NCBI RefSeq assembly: GCF_964204865.1 | Contig: NC_135258.1 | Span: forward strand, 11,036,001-11,100,000 | Length of the DNA stretch: 64,000 bases | Direction of reading: 5' to 3' | DNA from: Styela clava | Taxonomy: Eukaryota | In this document: positions 1-13,200 of the stretch, in pieces | How positions within the stretch are numbered: position 1 is the stretch's first letter | Layout: every line of letters begins with the position of its first letter | Notes under the pieces: model-generated | Database searches by the model: none | The model's input: the letters and a program-made list of their open reading frames with translations, nothing else | What the model was told of the DNA's origin: nothing | Translations under genes and position numbers: made by a program

Positions 1-1
1 C

Positions 2-271
2 CAATCACTACAGTTATTTTCTAAAGAAGTAGAAAAAAGGAATGATCATAGGAACCAATTCTTCTTTTATTGGATTAACCTGGAGAAAAAAGCCATCTCT
101 GATTTTAGAGTTGAACTAGCTCATTTGCATTACAATTTTAAACCGGGACTAAAATGTTGTGAAGATTCTTCTGCAGAAGATGAAAGTGAAATTAGTTGTC
201 ATTTTGTTTTGGTTGAAAAGCGAATGGTGGAAAAACTTCGTAAATATTTCCCTATTTTGAATAAATTGTAG
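2..271 (+). CDS. Cluster copy A: 3' part of the last exon of a GNAT-like gene (5' part outside window)
   Basis: Frame 2 reads QSLQLFSKEVEKRNDHRNQFFFYWINLEKKAISDFRVELAHLHYNFKPGLKCCEDSSAEDESEISCHFVLVEKRMVEKLRKYFPILNKL* with no stops; closely similar to ORF 6114-6524; AATAAA at 274-279. Confidence 0.85.
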   Translation, partial: QSLQLFSKEVEKRNDHRNQFFFYWINLEKKAISDFRVELAHLHYNFKPGLKCCEDSSAEDESEISCHFVLVEKRMVEKLRKYFPILNKL

Positions 272-1690
272 TCAATAAACCTTTCAACTAATTTCAATGT
301 TACAATACTTGATGTTATATATATATAGCTATTAAAAATCACTTTGCATTATTCCTTCTTCCGATCAATGCCAAGTTTGCTATTGATATATATATTCATT
401 TTTAACTATTGTCATGGCTATCGTATTACCATACTTGTTGCGAAATCTTGTGTGAAATCGAATCGAATTTTGTGCAGCAGTACGGCGTGTCAAACTGTAT
501 CACAATTTTTCGAAGTGATTAATATTTTCGCTTTTGGGCACTTTAGATTTAGAACACGAAAAAGATAATGAGGTAATAAAATAATTCATTTTACAATTCA
601 TTTTAATTGTCATGCTATTTATTTATTCAAACAATACTTTCCGAAATTTCAACTTTTTGTATTTTTTCGCATTTATACAAAATGTATACAAATTTGCTTA
701 GTCGATCATTGCAAAATATTACCCCAATCTACATATATGCCTCTTTACATCATATTCTCATATGACATAAAAAGTCCAAGTACAATCACCGATCTCTGTC
801 GTAATTCAAGGATCAGTTGCTCCCTAAATTAAGAAATTATTGAACGAATCTACTAATTCAGTCTAAAATAAACGAAAGAAGGAAATCTCAATTTTTTACA
901 GCAACTGCAGAGTTTTGAATTCTTCTGTATGGTCGTTTGCAATTTTAATACTTAAAGTGGATCAGAGGATAGTTTTGCAAAATTTTTGTTGGTGCTGTGA
1001 TTATCGGGAAAAAATAGCTATTTGCCTTAATTTCTAGACAAAAAACTTTTGAATAAGTGAAAATTCATAGCTTCAACCCAAATTTTAGAGTGAAAATTGC
1101 GCCACCACACGAGCTTTATATCAATTGATTCTTGCAAGTGCGCGTTTACGTAATGTCGTTATAATTTGCTTTTTTTGTTCTCAGATATTTTCCTTCAAAT
1201 TAATTTTTGCATTCAGTCACAAATTCAGTGACAATCTGTGCTGGTTTCAATGCGATCCCATTTTGTATTACTCTTTACCTTGAGTAAATTAGTGTAAGAA
1301 CAAAATTATTGAAATAAATTTTAAACTGCGATTTTACACAGGAAGTTGGATAATAAGATGAAGGATAGTAAACGACAGTATGCAATTTTGCGAGTTGCAG
1401 TTGAACAAGACATTTATCATCAAAAGGTGGTAATCGATATATTAAAATCATCATGTGAAATTGACTAAAAAGCGACTATTTTTTAACAAGTATAGTGGAG
1501 TCTGAAGAGTTTTGCTGATTATTGGTTAACAAGACTGACTCGTACATGTATTTCTGCGCCTGTATGCAACAAGACGAGTCTGTTAACAACTCTGGCTCTG
1601 GACCAATAGACAGCAGTTACAATACATATTTATATAGTAGACTATATATATAAATTTGAACACTTTATAGAAATATGTGGATTTTTAACA

Positions 1691-3258
1691 TCACAATTTG
1701 TTTGGAAGATGAACATATTTGCTAAGTGTTTCGACCATTTCTCTGTCGTAACAAAATGACAGCTTATTTCTCTTTTATGTTTTGCAGACGAATCATCGGA
1801 ACATTTCAATCCAGGTTTGTAATTATAATGTAGATGAGCTATCTCAAATATCTGGTCATCGAGCTTGTTCTCCGAACAATTCCAATAATTGAAGAAACGT
1901 GTATTGAAGAAAGAATTTGAAGTATTGTTCCCATATCATTTTTTCATCGATTTTGCACACACTTGCATGTATTCATTGGCATGTATTGTTTAAATATTTT
2001 GGCATGTGTAAGCTTTTATCACAACCATTCGAGAGCCATAAATCGCTTCAATCTTTAGGTCTTTTGCAGCATTTTCAATAAGTTGATGGATATTTTGTGC
2101 ACGCCATGCTCCAATTCTGATTTAACGACAACAATAAAATAGTAACCATTTTTCTCAAATTATTATGCTTGTGATATTACAGTTTATTTTACGGCAAAGT
2201 CAGAAGTCTGCATAACGCAGCTTAACGCTAGACACTTCAAACACAAGGGTGCAATAAGAAGCACGTAGGCAGGTAAAAGCAAAGATCAATTACTAGAAAA
2301 CAATTATGACATCATAATCACAAATCTAGTCCGTGTTAAAAACAACAAGCTATGACGTAAATGCACAAAAGGCACATTAAATGACTTTGTTACTTGATTG
2401 GTCCGCTTTACGCCGTTGCTCGTTTATAAATGTTATGAATGTACTTGTTACTTACAATAATTGTGCAACTTCAAATATATGGACTTATGGCAGTTAATGA
2501 CTGTTATATTGGCACCCGGAGGAGCCCAAAGGCTTACCCCTTTACACCATATTACCGAGTAAAAAATTTAAAGATAAGTAATACGTTTGTTATGTATTAC
2601 TTGATGCAGTCAGTGGTTCCCAAACTTTTTAGAATTGGGACCCACTATTTATTACTACAGCTTATGGCGACCCATCTCGTTTTCTACAATGTTATTTTTG
2701 ATAAATGAACACAAAAGACCTCTTCCGAAAAAAAAACATAGTGTTCTTCTTCAAAAGAAAAATAAATCTATATCCTGTCTAAATTTCGGGGAAACACGGT
2801 AAGAAGTGCTTACAGTGTACAAAACTGCTATGCGTAAAAAGCCACATGGTCGTTCTTTGTGTAGCAAATTTTTGTTGCTTCGATAAGATCGTAAAATAGA
2901 AACTTTCACAGATTAGAATTTAAATTGAATTTTTTCTTTTGTTTGTTTGAAGATTTACGTTTTCGAGTCGCCACCCATGCTAATAACCAGTATAGTTAAT
3001 CAAAGCTTTTTACATTTTTTGACGACCCACTAAGATTCCTTTTGTGACCCACCAGTGGGTCGCGACCCATAGTTTGGGAATCGCTGCAGTAAGTAATATA
3101 TACTGTATACTTCATTATTTTAAAATGTTGTAAGCTCTTATCTCGTGCAGGTATTTTCGATGTCTGGTAGATAACTTCTCACGATTGCTGAATTCACGAA
3201 TTCTCTTCCACAAATTTCATCCCAGTCTTCTTAATTTGTGCTACATCGACCCACATCA
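1691..3258 (-). pseudogene. Cluster copy B: pseudogene paralogous to copy D
   Basis: Last exon 1691-2116 reads IGAWRAQNIHQLIENAAKDLKIEAIYGSRMVVIKAYTCQNI* with a second stop (TGA) and a 3' frameshift. Exon 1 (~3140-3258) has deletions relative to 18012-18167. The middle exon is absent where a MITE sits. Confidence 0.85.
2611..3086. mobile_element. Non-autonomous hAT (Charlie-like) MITE containing a fragment of a Tc1/mariner-type end (~2760-2801)
   Basis: TIRs CAGTGGTTCCCAAAC / GTTTGGGAATCGCTG; internal (C)GACCCA motifs; no 8-bp TSD (only CAGT on both sides). Related ends at ~7990-8004 and ~10685-10702. Confidence 0.75.
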
Positions 3259-3634
3259 TTTATTCCGTCACTTGCAATAATACTTAACTCCTGGGTTAAT
3301 AACAGTATCAAAAATATATTAATAGTCTGCTCTAGTTTTGATACACAATGAATGAGTTGACTCATCAAAATCACTGTTGCCTTGTTGTCAATAATTGGTT
3401 TCGAAGCATTCGGACCTTGTACGTAGTTGATTACAGCTAGGTTACTATAGTACTGATGTTCATTACCGTTAGTTGGAATGGGTTAGCCTTGTTGATATGA
3501 CTCGCTGACAAAACTAGTATCGCTACCGAACGCAAATGACTTACTTGTTTATATAGGAGACAACATTCAGAGAGGATTAGAATGTTCTCGTACGTGAATA
3601 GGCTTTTATGCAACAGACGAAGAAACAATATGGG

Positions 3635-5925
3635 TAGGGTTACCATAATTTTTTGACTTCAAAGCGGGACGCCTCTTGTAACATTACAGTTTCCGATTTT
3701 ACTACATATGCCTACATATAAGCTATCCCGGCTGTCTCCATTGACTATATTGTCATCGACAGTTCATGCGCATATTCTCTGTCTAAATAAATATCGGGTT
3801 CAGTTCGAAATAATAGAAAGGAATAGACGCTAACAATACAAATGATCCGAATTTGTTGGGGATGCCAATGGGCAGAATGAAATTACTAATATGTGAAAAA
3901 ATCATTTGTAGAAATTTTTAAAAGTGTCCCCAATGGAAATGATAAAAATTTTGAGTTAGGATTTTTGAATTCTGATGTTGATAACTGTTTTAGAAATTAT
4001 TTGCTCACTGTCAATGCACTTGCAAGTATTGTTTTATTTCTTAAATCTGGTTGCTCACCTGGTCCTGATGAGATAACCAAGGAACATTTGGCATATCCTC
4101 ATCCAATTCTATCTGTGCTTTTATGTTTGGACATTACCACCTGTATGCACCATAGTTATATTCCAGCATCCTCAATTTCAAGTTCTATTCAGCCTATATT
4201 TAAGAACAAAAATGATGACATTTGTAGTGCAAGTAACTACAGGCCTGTTGCAGTAGACTCTGTCTTATCTAAGATTTTTGAAAAACACTTTTTCAATAAC
4301 ATTGGGTCTTACTTAACTGCATCTCACAACCAGTTTGATTTCAAGCCTGGTCACGGGACTGACATGTGCGTTTTTACAATAAAGCAGCTAGCTACCTATC
4401 TATCACCAGTTTTTACAGCTTTTTTGGATGCCACTAAAGCTTTTGATAAAGTTAATCATTGGACTCTATTTCGTAAATTGATCAACAGAAGAACCCCTAA
4501 AATATTTTTGTCGCTGATTGTACACATGTATCGTAATCAATCCATGTTTGTTAGATGGGGTAACAGTGTGTCAGATTCTTTCTCTGTCCATAATGGTACC
4601 AAGCAAGGCAGTATCTTAAGTCCAAATTTATATGCTGTTTTCATGGATGACCTCTCTGAATCAAGAGACCATTGGATGTGTAGCAAATAACAATATTATC
4701 AATCATATTTTTTATGCTGATGAAATGTGTTGCATTTCACCTTCATCCATAGGCCTTCAACGTTTACTTAACATATGCGAAAAAACTCTATTGAACATGA
4801 CATCTTGTACAACTCGAAAAAATCTGTTTGTATGTGTATCCAGAATAAAAAGTTTAGGCTGAATAATTTACCTGATATCAAACTCTGTAATTCTGTATTG
4901 ACATATGTTTCGTCCACTAAACATCTTGGTGTTTTCCTATCCAATGATCTTAGAGATGACCTTGACTTGAAACGTCAGTATAAATCAATTTATTTTATAG
5001 CCCATACTATTTTGAAAAAAATTGTCAACTGTTCCATTACTGTGAAAAATCTTTTATTTAGGACGTATTGTTGTAGTATTTATAACTGTCAGCTCTGGTT
5101 GTTTTTCAATAATTAAAATTATGAAAAAGTTAAAACTTAATATATATAATAATGCTTATCGCGTAATTCACTGTGTTTTTAAATGTGAGAGTCCGTCACA
5201 AAATGGTATCTGGGAACATTCCCTCTTTCGAAGCACTTCATAGAAAATATCTGTGGTTGCTCATGACGAGGTGCAATGACATCCTATTACAACCACTATT
5301 TGACTCCCAGATACTGTTTGTGACGGGCTATCTTGAATTCTACACTTCACTTTTGACTTCTAGTTTACTGTATTTAACTCTTTGTTGAGATCTACTGTGA
5401 ATCTGATTTTCGTATCAGGTATTTTATGTATTTATTGTGTTATTTTCGCTTATGTTTATTTGTTTGTGTTATTTTTATATGGACCGCAGCGGTCTGGAGT
5501 AATAAACGAATTGAATTCGATTTTTTTATGTACAGCAAAAGGAATAAAGAATAATGAAATAGTCTGCCGTTTTCAAGCATTGAGAATTTGCTTATTCGCC
5601 CAAGCATGCTTTTCTGTAGATAACACCTTTAAAAAAACGTTGTTCAATGTAACATTCACGTGAACGTCCGAAAAGGACCAATTGGAATTGATTTTACATG
5701 CGATACGTTCGCTAACATTGTTAGCGGGAAATAACGAAACAAACAAAATAACGCATTAACCTGCAGTAAGGACGCTAGCGTTGCGCTACACAGCAACAAC
5801 AGTAACGAGAATATGTTCGCGTATTATGCTGGATGGCTGAACGCAAAAGCGGGACTTTTGCCTGACTTGTCAAGACGCTAAAAAGCGGGACTGTCCCGTC
5901 TAAAGCGGGACGTATGGTAAGCCTA
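3635..5925. mobile_element. Non-autonomous hAT (Blackjack-like) DNA transposon hosting a nested LINE
   Basis: TIRs TAGGGTTACCATA / TATGGTAAGCCTA; perfect 8-bp TSD AATATGGG (3627-3634, 5926-5933); subterminal AAAGCGGGAC repeats at both ends. Confidence 0.88.
3830..5518 (+). mobile_element. 5'-truncated, frameshifted non-LTR retrotransposon (reverse transcriptase remnant)
   Basis: ORFs 3893-4690, 4632-4862, 4775-5116 and 5173-5388 carry SPGPD, NYRPVA, QFDFK, FLDATKAFDKVNH, GTKQGSILSP, FYADE and KHLGV motifs; ends AATAAACGAATTGAATT. 5' boundary approximate; clade not determined. Confidence 0.9.
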
Positions 5926-6113
5926 AATATGGGTCACGTCTACTTCTGCGTGAGTGTGGCCTTGCATTGAGCAAATTTACAGTATTTATCATTAATTATA
6001 TATATGAGCGATTATTTGAACTCGTGCTAGAGGTGAGAGAACAGATACAAGTACTCATACAATTTACCTATAATTAGACTGATATTGATTTGCAAAAGTT
6101 TACAGAATGACAA

Positions 6114-7574
6114 TCATAATTTGTTAAAAATAGGAAAATATTTGCGTAGTTTTTCAATCATTTTCTGTTCAACAAGAACAAAATGACAACTAATTCCGCT
6201 TTCATCTTTAGAAGAAGAATCCTCACAACATCTTAGGCCCGGTTTGAAATTGTAATGCAAATGAGCTAGTTCAACTCGGTAATCAGAAATGGCTTTTTTC
6301 TCCAAGCTGATCCAATAGCTAAAAAATTTATCCTCATTGCCATTCCTATTTTTTATCTCTTCGTAAAATATTTGTTGTGCTTGGCGTGTATGTTTTTTCA
6401 AAATGCCTTCGTCCCGATAAGCTTTGTGCACGGCTATGCGAGCTCCATAAATCGCTTTCATATCAAAATCTTTTGCAGCTTTATGAATAATTTGATGAAT
6501 ATTTTGTTCCCGCCATTTTTCCATTCTGAAAAGACGGGAAACATGGTTGTATTAGTTTTCTCAGTAGTACGCATAAATATTCACATACATAATTACATCA
6601 TAATTCAAGTGATCGTCTTTTTATTATTATTTGCATGTGGTGTAACTATAAGCACAGAGATACAAGTCCAGTTCAAAAAAGTATTCATATAATGGATGAT
6701 TTTTATTCGCCAAATAAGCGTTGACGACAAGTAAAAAATTTTAAACTTTGATAAAATAAAAATTGTGGGTGAAATATCGGATCTCTAAGGATTCAGAGGA
6801 TATTGAAAAAAAGAAAACAGTAGGCCTGTCTTTCTAGCGGCTTCAATTGAAATCCATTCTAGCGGCTAAATTGAAATCCATTGGTACGATACTATCGGGA
6901 AAAAAGTCATTTTATCGAACAACAACCATCTCCATATTACCAACAACCAGGATTTAGCATAAAGGTTCACAGACTACATGCCGGCAAATGCGAGTAAATG
7001 ATAAGATAATAGGCATTTTTGTGAAGATATATCTATTTATTTTGTTTAATTCAATATACCATACATGTGACGTACTAAACTACCGAGAAGCTCGACGAAA
7101 CTGACCTACATTCAATTTTCGCGAAGAATAATAGAATACACACGTGATAGCCTACTAACCTTAGTAACCGAGTGGTTCCATCTTCATCAACCTCAATCAT
7201 TTTCGTAATATCTGCTTTTCGTGGTATGAAATCATAAATAATCAACCATGCTCCAATAATTCTTGATCTGTTTTCTTGAATGCCATGGCCGTTTGTTATC
7301 TTTTCGTGCATTTTCACCGAAAGCATTACTGCACGATTATCTGAGTAACGGGCCTGCAAAAATAAGTACATTGATGATGAACGAAGTAACAATATGGGAA
7401 TTGCTATATCTTTTTTACCTCGTAAAGGTATCGAACAAATAGGGGCATCAGAAGTTTTCTTTTTTCAATGTCTGGTAAATATCTTCTTGCGATTGCTGAA
7501 TCCACAAATTCTTTTCCAAACATTTCAAGAACTTCATCCCAGTCTTTTTTACTTCGTGCAACTTCCACCCACAT
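6114..7574 (-). CDS. Cluster copy C: intact 3-exon gene, 253 aa, putative GNAT-fold N-acyltransferase; exons 7574-7419, 7353-7160, 6525-6114
   Basis: GT-AG introns of phase 0 and phase 2 join an open frame MWVEVARSKKDWDEVLEMFGKEF...IIGAWLII...IYGARIAVHKAYRDEGIL...IFNKL*. Intron positions match copy D. The gene structure is well supported; the product is inferred from motifs. Confidence 0.85.
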
Positions 7575-7770
7575 TATGCGTTGTATCGTTAGCGTGTACT
7601 TTATGCCCTTTATTAAACTTTTCAAATATGTAGGACTAAGGAATAAAAGCAAAAGGCCAACTCTTCTTTCTCATGCCTGCCTGATTTTCCTTTGAAATAC
7701 TAAATAATCTCTTATGTTCCATAAACTGCTAAGAAGATAAATAAACTGCAGATCGCAAAATTGCATCAAC

Positions 7771-7820
7771 TATAGTGCCTACCTCTATTGTTACGTAACA
7801 ATGGAGGCAGATACTACGTC
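7771..7820. repeat. Short imperfect palindrome (possible tiny foldback element)
   Basis: TAGTGCCTACCTCTATTGTTAC-GTAACAATGGAGGCAGATACTA, about 200 bp upstream of copy C. Confidence 0.5.
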
Positions 7821-10364
7821 ACAGAAAGTTAATATTATGGAAAGATATTCTGAATTTATTGATTCATTCATTTCTTGATTCATCATGATACACATCATTT
7901 ATATGAGAAACAACAAAACATTTATATTGAATACAATGTGTAAAATATTCAATCATATATTAGTTATGTAGCAAATCGCCGCAGCATACCCTTTGAGAAC
8001 CGCTGTTCCTCAGTACTGTTTTTCTGTGTACTGTTTTTCATGGTTTGTTGTATTTTATTTGGTTGTATTAAGCTAATGCAGTTGTATAATTAATATAGTT
8101 AAGCTAACTGCAATATTAGTGTCCAGGAAGCTGGCAGAAGGAACTTTATTGGTGATACCTTTCTGCGCCTAATACAGGTACGCCACACAATGAGCTATTT
8201 TAGGAAAGAAAAGAATCTTTACGGTTAGGCATTGCCATTTTTGTGAAATGCGAATCACAGACTTTTTAATATTAGATAAATAATGAATAGCTTCCTAATT
8301 GATGCGAAAGCCACGAAGGCATAACTTATAATATAATTTACTGTTAACTCCCGTGTTATTTTTCTCAATCTATCTGTCGTGATTCCATTCTAGAGCGATT
8401 TCCGTCGCCTGTTCATTAAGCTTTCATACGTAATCTCTTAAGCGTAATCTCCGATTCGGTGGTTGCTTCGCACCAACATACAGAGCATAAAATAAACTAT
8501 TTTACCCTTCCGCCAGTAAGGACCAATAATATTGGATCTTACTGCGATTCTTCATACCGAATACAACACACAAGTCTTTCGTGACAAATGAATTAAAATA
8601 TTTGAACAGTAACATATTTCTAAGACACTTTCTATAACCTATTTCTAAGACAAGGAGTTATTATACTTAGTACATCGCGCTCTGAGGGCTATGCGCATGA
8701 GCGATTTACGTGTTTACGTCTAATGAAATATAAGGCCCATCACAAAATACCCACGGTTGTTGTACTGCGCAAAAACAAAAAGACTAATTCAGTAACGACT
8801 CAAGATAATCTTATGAGAAAAAACATTAGAATATTTTGTTGAATACATTTGTTGAATATCATGACAATTGCAACATTTGCCTGTTAATGAAAGTGTGTTT
8901 TTCGGCATTTATCAGGGCCACGATTTCCATACATACGTAACTGATGCATGGTCTACAAATTTGCACCGTTTCGGTATGGCCTAAATACATACAATACCAG
9001 GCTGTCGAGTCATACGAAATAGAAAATATTCCCCTATAGTTATTATGAAACAGCAAATGTTATGGTGAATACCGGGTACCAGGTACGGGTAGATAACTTA
9101 AGAAAAATAAAAGTATATATATATACTAGATTTTTAACGACGTCTGCCATATTTATTTACTGAAAACTTGAAATCGATGGGTCCGTCAGTTGCAAGAAAA
9201 GCAATTTTTTTCTTAACAACAATGAGAATTTAAAAAAACGAGTCAATGGTCTGATTCGCGTCAAAAAACGAAAAATTATCCATTTTCACACGAATTAAGT
9301 TATTCTGATGTTTCAAGGAATAAAGTAGCTGCAAGCTGCAACATTGCCGCCCCTCAATTATAGAAGAAAAAAGAAATGAACTGCACTACGCCTATCAAGC
9401 TCTGCATAAATAACCGACGATAAAATTATTAATTACGTGTGGCCAGCCTGCTTTCGTCAATTATTAACTATGTCAGGGGTAGCCAGCCTGCTTTTGACAG
9501 CGATCGACTAAAATCTCAAAACTAGCCCGCGAGGTCATACAAAAAAACGAATGACTACTCTATATGCAGATAACTGCACACAGTGCCACACACGCATGTC
9601 GATAAGCTCGACACCGTGGGCGCATTCTTTAATTGTATTTTTATATTCCATTCAATTTGATTATGTAGTTGTACCCGAAGTAAATGTTTCGTCATTTATT
9701 TAATCTTCATACCACCCAGATCTGAGGCCTGCCTACTTATTAGTCGTGAGTGTTTTCCATTCCCCCGCAGTTTTGACCGGGTCTGGACTTCGACCACCCA
9801 CTTATACGTGTGAGAGAAAATAGTTTCCTCGTTCTCTTTATTTTGCCGGCTGGAGGCAGGGTTGCCATATTAGTTTTTTAACGCCAAATTTCACAACTTT
9901 GGCTTTATTAATGGGGGTGTTCCTTGTACGTTTGGTTAACTGGTCATTACATATTATAAAATGGTACAAAAAGTCGATTGTATACAGCGGAAAAAAAGGG
10001 TTAAAACACGTTTGACGTCAGAATTTCCGTTTGGCTTCTTTGATGTCTATTCTAGTGTCTATTATTAAAATTATATCAAATACAACATTTGGTGTGCAAC
10101 AATAGCCCGAGCATCAATTTTCGGCGAGCACGCATACGGATTCGTTGAAATCAAATACGGTAACTTCCGAGGTTCAGGAAATGGGACGAATACCAGCGTA
10201 GAATAAGCAAGTTCGAAAAGCGTTACCCTGGAGAAGTCAACAACGGCCATGTGGACCGTGTCTACATTTTCGGAGAAGAGCTACGCGATATCAGAGCGAT
10301 TGGCGGGAAATGCGAATGATGTGTCTTCATCCGGCGGAGGCAGTGAATGTTTAGTCGACCCTTA

Positions 10365-13200
10365 TAGTCCGGCAGATAAGGGGACCTTTTTGGCCCAAAT
10401 TTCAGACATAAAGTTTTTTTTATTTGTGATTATTCATCTTGGGGTCATTTCCCATCATTTCTACATGGGTGTGGAGTTTGTAGCCTTGAGCAATTTTTTT
10501 TACGGCTTGATATTTGTATTAGTGTTTTTTGTCAAACCTGTGCATCATAATGACGCACAACCTGAACCATAACCTGTTACAATACTATGTTCAGGTTGTG
10601 CGCAATCTTGGTGCACAAACTACACAAGCACCAAATTTACTAGGAAATAAAATCAATAACTTTTAGGTAATTGTTGAGCCCAATTTTGGGTCGCGACCCA
10701 TTACAGTATATGGAAATACTGTCGAAACATACGCGTAAAATAAAGAGTACTATTTCAAAATACACGTTTTTGTTGCAATTAACATTACAAGCCTGCTAAT
10801 GCAGTCGCCAGTGGTTCAAGTGGATATACACCTGGTGGAGAACAGTCAATTATTTGTTAGCGAGAATTGTTATGCAGCGGGATAATCACGACGACGCAGT
10901 GAAAGATAATGTTATCACGAGAACAAGAATGAGAAAAATTGTTACATTTTATAGTATATCCCTGGGAAAGAATGTAGTTCATTCTTATGTTCCATGCCAA
11001 TGCTTTTCAAACTACCAAAGACTCTCAACACTTTTGCTTCTTCTCTTCTATAAAAATACAATGTTATTATATATTCGCATTTCCATCTGTTTGTTCGTGC
11101 TCCCAGATAACCGATCAGCGGCCTCCAAGGAGGACGTGGTCCCTGTTTAAGAAACCTTGTCATAAACTAAAAGAGGCGACCGTGCTTCTCTTGCCTGTTG
11201 TCTTGCTGTCCCTGGAATTCAGCTACAACAAAAATTTCTCGAAAACGGATTTTTAAATTTTATGATTTTATTAATATTCTCAACAATGAATGATATACGG
11301 GTGGTAAAATGCCAAGTTATTCCAACAATATGATCATGTTTTGCAATTTACAACCAATATTTTGTATGTAACTTTGTTTGACAGAGCCCCAAGAGCTCTA
11401 ACTACAAATATCAAAAATGTGAGGCCAAAAAAGTCACACTACAACATTGCCAAATGTGCTGTATTTACGATAGAAAACAGGTTTACCAAAAAGAATTACA
11501 TGAAAAATGGTAAAATAAAGATCAATTCAGCAATATCTACTTGGTGATATGCATCTGTTGATGATTTTATGTGTTTGTTTCGGAAGTTCAATAACAGAAT
11601 TAATTGTGGTTGTTGGGGATGTTTTAAAAAAAGGTTGCATGGAAAAATGTTTTCACAAAATGTCAAGGTTTGATAGTAGTAGAGAAGTAGAAAAAATACT
11701 CCCATATTTTCTTTTTCATTTGATAACCACGCCACAGAACTTCCCCGATAAGTATACGCAGCAATTGCGAGAGGCAGATATGCCAAGATGGGATTTCATC
11801 GCATTGCAAACCAATATTAGCAATTCTTATATATATTCACGCATTCCCATCTGAACAGCGTGGAAAAGATTATACCCATCTACACACTTTAAGAACTATG
11901 TCAGATGAGCGTCATATTATCGAATATCAGCAAAAGAATAGTGCAATGGGAGAAGACATATAAGGCGGAACTTTCAGTAGTATGCAATCAAATAATCTTA
12001 TTGTAGAATATATATTTGAAAACATTTTGTCACGCCAACTGCAGTCCGAAACTTTTTGTCTCTGACTGAGCTTAGATTGGCACTCATGTAAACTGGTAAG
12101 ACTGTAAGAGGCACGCGATGGAGCAGATACTAAGAGTATCCATCCCCCAGCTGTCATTTGAGTGGGTACTGCTGTTTTTATTGCAGATGTTACTGATCTT
12201 TTTGTATTAAAGATTTACTGGCATCACCGATTTAAGGATGTTGGAAACCAACACGCAATATTACAAAATTTACTTTCAACACGCGGTTTGAATGAATGAA
12301 AAAGCTGAAACTAGTATTCTTTAGAACAGCATACAAATTCTGTGGAATGAAACCATACAAAAAGCTCGTCAAAAACCTATAGATCAATAATCAAGTGGAA
12401 TTTGATGCATGTGCGCAAAAATGCGCGCGGTACTGCGTACAACCGAAGCACGCAGGAAAATGTGTGTGATGTACTAGTATTCGAAACGTTTGACTCAACT
12501 ATGTTGGCATAACAGGTGCACATCTCGGTTTCGCATACGCATACCTTCTATCTCCACAAGGATATATTAATTTTGCCAAAGTCAATGCAGCACTGAAAGG
12601 TTGCGGTTCTTCCAAAAGAAAACACGTTGCACATCTTTAGATACCAGTGGATGGTTTTACATGGCCTTGTTCGGAGTGAAAGACGAGGTCAAGTATTCCA
12701 ATCCAATTCGACTAATAAAATATTTCCCAAGTCCCTAAGCTTAAACTAGGAAACGAAATGCGCGCGGCAACGCAAATGTAGTTTGAAGAGCGCAATAAAA
12801 AGTGACTAGATGCTGTCGATGGATCTTGGCTTGTATTAGTGAAATAAACTACCATTTATTCTACTAAAATGAATTTCTGACATTTTAAGGAGATTCAATG
12901 TTTCTATGTACGCAAAACTAAACCATGTAGTTATAAAATAATTGTTTTTAACAAAAAGGCGCTCCTGAAGTATTTGTACCAAGATGGCGCACAACCTGAA
13001 CATTGTATGTTTACCAGGTTAGGGTTCAGGATGTGCGTCATCTTGGACCGAATACTTTAAATCCACTTAAAAAAATTTGCTCAACATTATATACTCAACA
13101 CCCACCTTGGTATTCTTATATATGTCATATACATTATATCTAAACAATAAAAAAAACTTTATGTCCCAAAACAATGTTAAGGCCCGATTCTGCCGGACTA
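10365..13200. mobile_element. Degenerate DNA transposon with long imperfect TIRs, probably Academ superfamily
   Basis: Termini TAGTCCGGCAGA / TCTGCCGGACTA; 3-bp TSD TTA; inverted similarity extends ~260 bp (GACATAAAGTTTTTTTTATT, GGGTGT.GAGT, TTGAGCAA.TTTTTT, then a shared hairpin). No intact transposase. Confidence 0.7.

Noticed and set aside
3355-3372. AP-1/ARE-like TGACTCATCAAAA upstream of copy B
   Set aside because: Not conserved at the homologous position upstream of intact copy D.
3437-3646. Similar minus-strand ORFs here and at 18244-18477 (SHINKAN..LTVM) as an extra exon or gene
   Set aside because: The two copies differ by frame-breaking indels; the similarity reflects duplicated upstream DNA of copies B and D.
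10100-10360. GC-richer stretch / ORF 10249-10572 as a gene
   Set aside because: No recognisable protein in any frame, and the ORF runs into a transposon TIR.
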